NCBI GenBank assembly: GCA_012295275.1
Contig: CM022666.1
Location: 434,001 to 498,000, forward strand
Source of the DNA: Chrysomallon squamiferum
Lineage: Eukaryota; Animalia; Mollusca
Length of the DNA: 64,000 nt
Reading direction: 5' to 3'
Shown: positions 42,124 through 64,000 of the stretch, one piece after another
How the letters are laid out: every line of letters starts with the position of its first letter
Position numbering within the stretch: position 1 is the stretch's first letter
Position numbers and translations under genes: made by a program
The notes under the pieces: generated by a model
Database searches by the model: none
What the model was told of the DNA's origin: nothing
The model's input: only the letters and a program-made list of their open reading frames with translations

Positions 42124-42582
42124 TCACACACACACTCACACATGTATTTATACATATATATATATTCTTAAGCGATTTAATGGTTTCCTGTTTTAAAACG
42201 TTTTTCCACTACACGTCTAATCTGAGTTAGTGGCTTCGTACTTATCAGTGTGAAGCACTGCTCCAGGTCAGTGCATTAAAACACAACCACTCTACTAGGC
42301 ACGTCTCCTATCACCAAGTCTGTGTAGACGCAGTGAAACCCCTCTGTGTGATATTTATGAGCATCTGACTTTCAAAGGTTTCAGTTTTTATAGTTTCTTA
42401 AATAGTACTAAACATTCTTGTTTATCGTCTTCGTGTGTTAGTGATTTGAAATGTACGTGCTTACGTATACACATACACACCTACATATTATATACGTACA
42501 TAAATACATAGTATATACATACGTACATACGTACATATATACAAACAAACATGAATACATAAATACATACATATATACATAC

Positions 42583-42615
<33 letters not shown>

Positions 42616-42940
42616 CATATTTATATGTATAAACATATAAATACATATATCTGTACACACAGACATACACGCACACTCACACTCACACACACACACACAC
42701 ATACAACCAAGTTAATAAATCATTATAAATATGCAGTTAAGATACTTGTATTTTCTTCCTATCGTGTTTCGTGTTGCGCGAGTTTGGCGAATCCTGACAG
42801 TGACGAGTAACGTGGACAGACACGTGGTCGAGACCAGCCGAGCGATTGTTTATCTACGTAATAAAACACAACTGTTCTGTGTCTGCACACGTGACACCTA
42901 CCTGTCAGTGTGAATAACCGTAGTGTGGAACACAACAACA

Positions 42941-43431
42941 CAGTAAATAACTACAGTAAATACATAGTAAATAACTACAGTAAATACAGAGTAAATAACT
43001 ACAGTGTGAAATAAAATATTACAGTAAATAACTACAGTAATACAGTAAATAACTACAGTAAATAATAGTAAATAACTACAGTGTGAAATATAATATTACA
43101 GTAAATAACTACACTACAGTAATACAGTAAATAACTACAGTAAATAATAGTAAATAACTACAGTGTTAAATAAAATATTACAGTAAATAACTACAGTGTG
43201 AAATATACCATTACAGTAAATAACTACAGTAATACAGTAAATAACTACAGTAAACAATAGTAAATAACTACAGTAAATAATAGTAAATAACTACAGTGTG
43301 AAATATAATATTACAGTAAATAACTACACTACAGTAATACAGTAAATATCTACAGTAAATAATAGTAAATAACTACAGTGTGAAATAAAATATTACAGTA
43401 AATAACTACAGTGTGAAGTATACAGTAAATA
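42941..43431. repeat. AT-rich degenerate tandem repeat built on CAGTAAATAACTA
   Basis: Many AGTAAATAACTAC cores interspersed with AGTGTGAAATA variants. Confidence 0.9.
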
Positions 43432-43824
43432 GCTTTCTTCTGCTTCTTCAACAAGTACGAGTTATTTAACGTGTTCAGAGAGACGTACACTCAACTCTTC
43501 TAACAGTGCAAACTTCAAACATTAGAGTGGAATCGTCACCCACGAGCTGGTAACTTGTAACCGTTTGCTCACTGGTTACGTAACCTCTCGGAAGCAGGAA
43601 GGGATGTTACTCTGGAGGATACGAAGTACTAAACATCAGAAGCATCTTGATACTGTTTCAAATACCATCTTGATACTGGTTCAAAGAGAGCCGATAACTC
43701 AGTCCTCTGGTACACACGTCAGATCTGTTCAGTGATAAACATATTTAGTTTGGCTAATAGATACATTTTTTTTTTCCACTTTGGTCTAGGATTTAGTATA
43801 TACGTTTTTTTCGGAACTGATTTT

Positions 43825-44003
<179 letters not shown>

Positions 44004-46990
44004 CAGAGACAGTTGTCACCTCTAATCGCTGGTTTACACCTGCTTACTACTTAGTCACACTTAACTCAGTTACAACGACGGTAACGACGACGTTGAAGTT
44101 GTACACGTGACAAACAGATCCTGAATTTAATATCTTCTTGTTACCCAGCCAACCGTATCTGTCACGCTGTTAGCACACAGAGAAAAACTGATATTCTTTT
44201 CACACTGTCACAACATTCCAAACTGATGAATCTGTCTGTCAAATACTCAACAAACTTTGTCTGTGAGAGAGCGTGCATACTGGACGAATCAAGCATAACA
44301 TTTGTTTTGTGTTTTGAAAACAATGACTCAACGATACACATAAAACATCCGTTTGCTGTTCTGTGGAATGTCTGTTAGTGACTAAGTATTTAAAAAACGT
44401 GAATTATTTGCTTTGTGAAAAGGTTTGTTACTGAAAATGTGTGTTACTGAATGAACATTAAGAAATATAACTAACTATACGGTGTACTGTAACGTGAATA
44501 AGTGAAAATAATGGCTTGGTACATAATATTAATATAAAGATATTTTTATTTTTTTTTTTTTTTTTATGTATTATGATACGATAATATTAATATGTGAGGC
44601 AAAACAAATATTTCACCATTAAGTACCAATGGACGATAGAAAATGCGCACTGTATATTTTATATCTGCTTTTCTTCAAATGCTCTTAGCTTTTCTTTTCT
44701 TTTCTTTTTCTCGTATATATTTCACAAAAATCAATATTTTGATTATAGTTAATAATTTATTACGTGGAATGTTTTGTATCTTATTTTCTAGAATAGTTTG
44801 ACATTTTAATTTGAAAAACAGTAAACAAAATTTCTTCCTAAACGAAAATTACATAATAAATAAAGAAAATAAAAACAATATATATATATATATAAAAATT
44901 ACATAATAAATATAGAAAATAAAAACAGTATATATATATATATAAATGTTACATAATAAATAAAGAAAATAAAAACATATAAATGTTCTAGCAGAAATAG
45001 GTAAATCAGAAACACAACAATTAATCCATCATTTAACCGAGATTTTGACTTGTGTGTACGAGATTTTGACTTGTGTGTACATGGATGAACAAACTGGGTT
45101 ACAAGTCGTTTATTTCCAGCCTGGAGTCTTCCGCTTTAATTAATTACCCTGTTAGAGCTCTCCACTTCAGAAGTATCGAATAGCGATGACGCAGAACGGG
45201 CTCCACTGAAGCGAGGAGGTCGCGTGCAACTTCCGGTCTGTTTGTGCAGACACGACGTTGTTCACGCAACACCTACTTCCTACGCGAGGGTTAAAACGTG
45301 CACGTTTGCTGTTGTAAATATTGCATATTTACTTTGTTCATGCACTTGAAAACTGCGACAGCCTCTTTTCCGGATTACGTACATAGTAACCCATTAAGTG
45401 TCATGTTTAGTGTAGCATCTACACAAGTTAATAAGGCAAAAATATATAAATAAATAAATATACTGAGGACTTTGGAATGGTAAAGGAAATTGTAAATATT
45501 TAGAAATATAATTTATTACTTTACCCTTTGTCGTCTGTGGTTTTTGTGTTAAATGTCTAAACGGACAGAAGCAGTAGTAGTAGTAGCAGTAGTAGTAGCA
45601 GTAACAGAAATAGTAGGAGAGACAGTGGTAATCGTAGTAGTCGCAATGATAGTTGCAATAGTTGTAGGGGCTTTAGTAGAAGAAAAAGAAGAAGTAGTAG
45701 TTGTTGTAGTAGTAGTAGTTGTTGTTGTTGTTGTAGTAGTAGTAGTTGTAGTAGTAGTAGTAGTTGTAGTTGTTGTTGTAGTAGTAGTTGTTGTATGTAG
45801 TAGATGTTGTAGTAGTAGTTGTTGTTGTAGTAGTAGTAGTTGTAGTAGTAGTAGTTGTTGTTGTTGTAGTAGTAGTAGTAGTTGTTGTAGTAGTAGTATT
45901 GGTGGTAGTAGTGGTGGCAGTAGCATCAACAAAGGCAGTAGTAATACAAATAAGTTAGTTCTAAATAAGTAAGTAAGTAAGTAAGTAAGTAAGTATTAAC
46001 ACGAATACTAGGTTTCTGAAACCAGAGATAATCACACGACAAGGTGGATTAAAAACAAACATCTTCCCAGCTTGTTGCATCCCGCCCTCAAACAGCTGCG
46101 CACCGCAGCTGGAATTCCTGACGTCGTATTTTAGACTAACCTTTATGTTATCTTTCACGCAGATCTCAGTTTTACTAACAACGTTTCTGCCATTCTTGTC
46201 TATTTATCTGCTGTTCTGCAGAATCCACAGTTCACTGCCGTGGTTTGATCTCGTGACCCTTCTGTCTTTAATCTTGTACACTTAATACTCGGAGCAGACG
46301 CAGCATTCATTTCAGCGAATTGTTGTTCTGATACTTAGGTCAACAAAAAGAAAACAAAATAAATAACTAAATAATGTTAGAGAAAATAAACTGAATTACT
46401 GGAATGTCAGTGGGGCATTTATAAATAAGATCATAAGAAATCGCTAAAAGCAGTACACTGTGAAAGAAAAATATGAAAGAATGAATGAATGAAATATAGA
46501 AGAAAAAAGAATGAAACCATATATAAATTTAAAGGGAGAAAAAGAAGAAAGAACGAAGAAGGGAAGGAAAGAAAAACATGAAAGTTGAAAAAAGGAAAAG
46601 GAAGAGTTATAAAATAAAACAAAGAACAAAAGAAAAATAAATATGAAATAAATAAAGATATGTAATAAATAGGAGAGTTAAAATAAAATAAAAAGAAATA
46701 ACTAAGAAAGAAATGAAAGGTATGAAGCAAAAAGAACAATTAAATTTCAAATAAAAAAAACGAATGAAAGAAAAATAAGTAAAAATAACGAAAAGAAAGT
46801 AGATAAATAAAAGTGAAAAAAAAAGAAGAATTAACTGAAAGAAAAACTAATGAAAAATGTATACAAAAGAAAAAGAAGAAAGTAAATAAATATATAAAAA
46901 TAAATATTAATAATAAAAAAAATAAATAAAAATAAACATATGCAGACAAAATAAATTGTATATTTAGGTTTTATCACTTTCGTTTCTTCT

Positions 46991-47023
<33 letters not shown>

Positions 47024-47778
47024 CTTTCTTTTTTTATGTTTCCAATAATTCAAAGCATCTGTCATTTTATTCTCTAATTAAACGTCAAAGGCTCTGATAA
47101 ATCCTCACTGCTCATGCGCACCGGCTGTTTTGTGTTAGGAACCTCGAGATGCTAATTTACGTCTTCTTGTATTTAATCTTATTACACAGCCTTGTGACAC
47201 GTGTTCTGATTGGTTCATTGTTATCGAGACAAATCGTAAAAGTTCGGCTTATCACGACACATATGTTATGTGCCGAATTAAACCACGATGTGTTATCGTT
47301 CGCGAAGATTCGGGTCACAGGCAGAAACAAAAGAGGAAAAGTGATACGAAACGAAATCTCTGTAAACTGGAAATAAACCAGTAAAGAAAGAAAAACAAAT
47401 GCTAATAAATTAAAAAAAAAAAAAAAAAAAAACTATATTAGAATTAAATTTTATAGAAAAAAAAAGAAAAAAAAGAAAAGAAAGAAAGATACAGCAAAAA
47501 TATATATATTTATATAAAACCTAAACACTTAGGCAGACAAATAGATGAAGATGGGAGATTATGTACTTTCTGTGGGGTAGAAAGATACATATATCTTGGG
47601 TAGATCAAAATAATAACAACAACCACCACCACTACAACAACAACAACAATTATAAGTAATAATAATAATAATTTTAAAACGCTCTCTCACGGGTCAGTGG
47701 TTGGAATGAACAGACAGACAGACAGACGGTGACAAAGACGATTTCTTCTGTCGCCTTTTTCTCCTTTTTGACCCGCGC

Positions 47779-48517
47779 TAGGATATTGCAAATTACCGAT
47801 AACATCAATACCGGTAAATTACTCACAGATATTCTCAGTACCGGTTTTCCCCGGTTTTAGTTAGTTTGTGCACAGGAAAAGGTTCTTACGGGGCTTTTGT
47901 GGACACAGTTTTCTGTTACACAAACTCATTTTATTTATTATTTGCACTCATCTGACAGCATTATTCATTATCTTCCTTTTCCTACCTGTCTTCAGATTAA
48001 ATCATGAAATGAACTTTTATAGAACTTAAAATGGGTAGAAAAGGTATATAAGAAATGTCCATGCAATAAAAAACAAAGAAGAAATGTGATGCGAACTATA
48101 TTAAAAAGGAAACAAGGAAATTGCATTTATTATCCAAAATGTACATCGTATGTTTTGCAACTTTTGAGAAGTTCTGATTCATTCCTCGATACTCGAGAAG
48201 TATGACTTTAAAAAACACAAAACATCTAGTGTCTTGGGCGACAACCGAGAAGCAGGAACCAATCCTTTATCACTAGTCGCTAAAATGACTTAGCATGGCA
48301 TACATGTCAGCAATCAAACAGGTAAACGTGGAACATTGAACACACAAGCATCGAACTCGCATCTGAAGGCACACTAGCAACAACCGAGTAACTAACATAA
48401 TCTTATGTTAACAACTAACATATCTCTCAACATAACTCGTTAAAACTGAGAAAACCGGTATTGGTGCTTCGGTAACCGTATTACACGTTAGTAACTAAAA
48501 CCGGTTTTCGAACCCTA
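47779..48517. mobile_element. Decayed non-autonomous hAT-like DNA transposon
   Basis: Ends TAGGA.../...CCCTA, multiple subterminal ACCGGT/AAAACCGG motifs at both ends, and an imperfect 8-bp TSD ACCCGCGC / ATCCGCAC (6/8). Confidence 0.55.
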
Positions 48518-48937
48518 ATCCGCACTAACAAATGATACGTCTGCTGTTTAGAAATATGACGTCAGCAATGTGGTATAATGTTCGAACGAAATTAATGTGC
48601 TACGGAGAAAATGTAAACATTTACTATATAGGTTTATACGTTTCAAAGCGTTTGTTATTATGACCTGGTTTTCTCTAACGTTCAGTTTTGTTATTACAAC
48701 CTGAAAACTCTGCACACGTTATTTTTACAACCTGACAAATTCTCACGTAATTATTATTTTAACATTTCAATTCATGCGTGGCGGCTGTTAACGTCTCAGC
48801 CGAAATAGTTTTTAAAAAAAATAAATGTAAAAATAGTGATAATTCAGTAAACAGATTCGAAAAATAAAAGTTATTTAAAGCAAACTCGGTTACAACAAAA
48901 TTTGTCGAGTTTTCCGCTTCGCTTATAATGTTGTCAG

Positions 48938-48952
48938 TGACGTCATATAAAG
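48938..48952 (+). promoter_or_regulatory. CRE fused to TATA box upstream of GDPD first exon C
   Basis: TGACGTCATATAAAG, about 45 nt upstream of the ATG at 48997. A second perfect CRE lies at 48557. Confidence 0.6.
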
Positions 48953-48996
48953 ATTTTTTTCAATAATTATAATAATAATAATAACAAAGACACGTA

Positions 48997-49044
48997 ATGA
49001 CATTTCTACCTCAGCTCTCTAGCAACCTTTTTCGAACTGAAAGG
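48997..49044 (+). CDS. Candidate alternative first coding exon C of the GDPD gene (MTFLPQLSSNLFRTER)
   Basis: ATG after the TATA box, consensus phase-0 donor AGG|GTGAGT and 436-nt intron to the acceptor at 49480. Confidence 0.6.
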
Positions 49045-49480
49045 GTGAGTAAGTTTTTGTATTTAATTGTAGCATTTATATTTAAGACATCATTTTGCTT
49101 AAATTTTATTTATTCGTTAGTTTTTTTATGAATATAATAAAAAAAAAAATTAAAAATTAATAATAATAATAATAATTAAAACTGAAAATACACGTTCTAC
49201 AGTTGCATAATTATATTAATTTCCAGTCAGTCAGTGTTAACGTTTGAAGAAAATTCCAACTAACAAAACAGCACCCTCTCTGCCTGCTCACTCCAATATA
49301 CTACGCATTCTGAAAATAGGTCCATTTATTATGACAGACAGAATTAAAACAAATATACGACTAAATGCCCGTATATAAAATTCTCACGCTAGCAATTGAT
49401 AAATCTATCGCAAAAATAAAGCCGTAGCATATAATTGATATAAATATTATTTACGCTATTAACCATGTTTTCTGTTTCAG

Positions 49481-60455
<10,975 letters not shown>

Positions 60456-60903
60456 TGATGGGGGAAATCAGTGATGACGTCATCGTGCAGTCTGTGTCTG
60501 TAGTCATGACCATAAGCAAAGCTGTGATTAAGATGTCATAATGAATTTTTTTTTTTTTTTTTCTTAAATGGCTGACATGGCCCTTTCAGAACATTTTCAA
60601 TAAAATAATAGGGAACTTCCACATAGCTTACTGATGCAGTGCATCATGGGTAATTTATATAATTTATTCTCACTGGACAGCCATTGTTAACAGCATAATA
60701 TTACAATTGTTTCAGCTGTTAAAAGAAAAATATTTGTGAAAATATCAAACTTATTTATTGTTTTGGTAAATCGTTTTGTAATAGCGAAAGTGGTCACAAG
60801 ATGAAGTATTTGTTAGTCGTTTCTCTTCTATGGAACAACGGGAACAGTAGAAAGATAAATCACAATATTTATTTAATATATTACAAAAGATATATTATTT
60901 AGA

Positions 60904-60935
<32 letters not shown>

Positions 60936-61199
60936 ATAATCACTATTTAATTATGTAGATAGCATCGTGATTTTCATGATATGTATAAATATTATATTTA
61001 TTATTATTGTTTAAATTTTATTATGATATATGAATAATGATTTATGTTATTATTTATATGCTACAATGTTTAACATATCGATGTAATAAAAGATAAAATA
61101 TGAACTGTAGTCACGGACTTATTTTTGTTTCTCTCGCGCGCATATACACATATATATATACACACACTATACTTACTTCTGATTTCTTTTTTCTTATAT

Positions 61200-61254
<55 letters not shown>

Positions 61255-62051
61255 TTACCTTTGAATTTGAACGAAATACCCCCACACACATATATCATAA
61301 TATTTTATTTATTTTATTACCTTTCAACCTTAATGAATAATGAAGTATAATAATAAACGGAACTGAGCTTTATTTTATCCTGCTGATATTAATATACATG
61401 TTTTCTAAAACAATGTTTTAAACCATGCCATTGGAGATTTCAATCAAAATATATTCATTATTATAATTATTATTATTAGTAGTAGTAGTAGTAGTAGTAG
61501 TAGTTGTAGTAGTAATAATAATAATAATGTTACTTCTACTAATGCCATTATTATTAGTAGTATTATTATTACTACTACTATCACTACTACTAAATCTACT
61601 TTTATTACTACAACGGGTACTACTATTTTTACTACTACTAATATAATAACTGCTACTAGTACTACTACTACTACTACTACTATTATTATTATTATTATTA
61701 TTATCATCATCATCATTATCATTATTATTATTACTCAGTTTTGTTACGTGTGTTTACAGTGTTATTTCAAATCTGTAAGAAAAAGTGTTTTAAAAAGAAA
61801 ATCTTCCTTTTATTGTGGACTCAGTCACTGCAAACATTTTGTATTGGATTCCTATTTAATTTAAATTTAGTTTATTATGTGTCATTTCACATTTAAATAA
61901 ACAACTAAATAACAATAAAACAGTATTAGATTTCGAATAGGTCAATAATTAAAGACAATTTTTTTAATTATTTCAGACAATAATAATAATAATAATAGTA
62001 GCAGTAGTAATACTAGTAGTAGTAGTAGTAGTAATAGTAGTAATACCAGTA

Positions 62052-62089
<38 letters not shown>

Positions 62090-62829
62090 ACTATTTGCTT
62101 GTTTGTTTTTCTTTCTGTTTATTTGTTTGTATTTCTATACAAATTTTCGCTATTACTGATACAAACCGTACAGACACAAACAACCAATGTATTCTTGTTA
62201 TACATGGGTACAAATTCATGATATTCATCAATTAAGTAAAAAAAAAAAAAAAATTTAAACAAATTTCGAAATTTTTGAACATTTTATTCAGATATACATA
62301 TTTTGAACATTTCATTAGCACTGTTTTGTACATTTCAAACATCATTACGTCAGCACTAAGTATGACACGTGTGCGGGCCTGAACTGATAAAACTGGGAGT
62401 GTTTTTAAAACGAGGGTTTGCTAAATGTGACCCCCAGGTCGGGTGTAAATCATCAGTTTTGTTAAATATTTTCTTTCGTTAACGATTAGACACCGTGTTT
62501 TTGTTAGAGCATGTACACCCTGCAATTCATGCATTTACCTGGTGAACAAACCGTTAAAACAGCGCGTTACGTTATTGTAAACAGCTTCTGCTGTCGTTTT
62601 TTCACGATCTTGTTACAATTTGCTAATAAAAGGTCAACTATTGGCATGAATCCAGAGCACGGGCTGGTTTTCAGACCCATAAGATGATTTTCAGACCTAT
62701 AACATGATTCAAATCCACCGATGGGCCGTTTATCAAGCTATTGTGAGAACTTGACTCATTTCCTGTTTTTCAAACGTTACTTTAATCCACATTCCTTTCC
62801 GCAAATTGTCGCTTGCGATAACGATTTAG

Positions 62830-62913
62830 TACTTCGTTTGTTTTCGTAATGCTCCGGCACTTCGTTTGTTCTCGTAATCCACGGATACTTCGTTTGTTTT
62901 CGGAATCTCGAGC
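62830..62913. repeat. 28-bp tandem triplication in the 3' UTR region of the second BTB gene
   Basis: ACTTCGTTTGTT(T/C)TCG(T/G)AAT... three times. Confidence 0.8.
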
Positions 62914-62923
62914 TGTTCATTCA

Positions 62924-63621
62924 TCAGTCGATTTTCTTTTGAGACATTTTAAATTCCTTAATCTAAAATCAAAATAAATAAATAGTTAGAGATCGTAAGA
63001 GATAATCCTTATAGAATATGTTCCGTTAAGAAGAATTAAACATAACAAACAGTAGTGTATATGATATTGTAAAGTCTTATTTTAATTATTTATAAATATT
63101 CTGCAAGAATTTTCAATAATAAAACTAATAATAATAATCAGAAAAATATATCTGAAGTACGTTTATCAACAAAAAAAGGAAAAAAAAAAAAGAAAAAAAA
63201 AGAAGCTAGACATACCTTTTCAGAAATGATTTTGTATGATGGATGGCTGTGGTACAGAATCGCTGATTGGATGATACCAGTCATGTGACCAAAAGTCACT
63301 GATCTTTCAAGAAACTCCCAGCATGCTTTAGATAAATCAAAAATATTGAACTCTGAAGCAGCACACAGTAAACCTAAATAAATAAAATTAAATAATTAAT
63401 TAATTAATAATGATGATGAGGATGATGACGATGATGATGATGATAATAATAATAATCATAAACATAAATATAAACATAACAGTAACATTTATGATGGTGG
63501 TGGTAGTGGTAGTAATAATAGCTGTAGTAGTTCTAGTGGTAGTTGTAGTAGTAGCAGTAGTAGAAGAAGTAGTGGTAGTAGTAGTAACGGATATATTTAT
63601 TACAGTGATAATAATAAAAGC

Positions 63622-63658
<37 letters not shown>

Positions 63659-63687
63659 TTAATCAGTACAACAGCAACAATAGTAAA

Positions 63688-63733
<46 letters not shown>

Positions 63734-64000
63734 GTTGTTATTAAAATCTTACCAATTAAGGTTTCCTGGGTAACGGTCACATGACCAAGATGGAGGAAGA
63801 ACACCAGTTTTCTGAAGACGTGTTCGTCAAAATGGCGGACAGATATAACTAACTTTTCTCTGCTGTTCAACTGTCCAGGCTTCGTCTTCAGATTTTTCTT
63901 CTTCTTGCCAAATCTGAGAAATTTCAGAACTTTGTTCGATCGTCCAGATGATTTTTTATCTCCCTTCGTACTTCGCTGCTCGCTCAATATTGCGTGACAG
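62924..64000 (-). CDS. Second Gprs-like BTB/POZ protein (5'-partial); exons >64000-63753, 63373-63216, 62962-62924
   Basis: ...EKLVISVRHFDEHVFRKLVFFLHLGHVTVTQETLI(G)|GTAAGA, then a 158-nt exon GLLCAASEFNIFDLSKACWEFL...SEK, then terminal IKEFKMSQKKID*. Intron positions and the 158-nt exon size are identical to the copy at 30578-33544. Confidence 0.88.

Overview
AT-rich, microsatellite-dense eukaryotic genomic DNA. It is most likely from a gastropod mollusc, inferred from a LASGLV-type neuropeptide gene and repeat content. Nearly all supplied ORFs are simple-repeat artefacts, and the real genes are spliced. Five protein-coding genes could be assembled by hand using GT-AG sites and consistent phases. 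(1) A LASGLIamide (LASGLVamide-family) neuropeptide precursor (+, CDS 13518-16359, 214 aa, 11 amidated peptides). (2) A convergent, apparently uncharacterised 280-aa secreted prohormone-like gene (-, CDS 26723-23720) with the same signal-exon/phase-2-intron layout, ending in the LASGL-like relic MDSLASGIL. (3) A short BTB/POZ protein of the serine-enriched protein (Gprs)-like family (+, 30578-33544). (4) A multi-pass GDPD5/GDE2-type glycerophosphodiester phosphodiesterase (+, shared exons 49481-60455) with three candidate alternative first coding exons and a 1-bp frameshift. (5) The 3' part of a second Gprs-like BTB paralogue (-, 62924 to the window end). The window also holds a dead LINE RT fragment, MITE/hAT-like elements, SINE-like fragments, several minisatellites and recurrent CRE-next-to-TATA promoters. 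The best novelty candidate is the tail-to-tail neuropeptide gene pair. All gene models are manual and lack transcript support.
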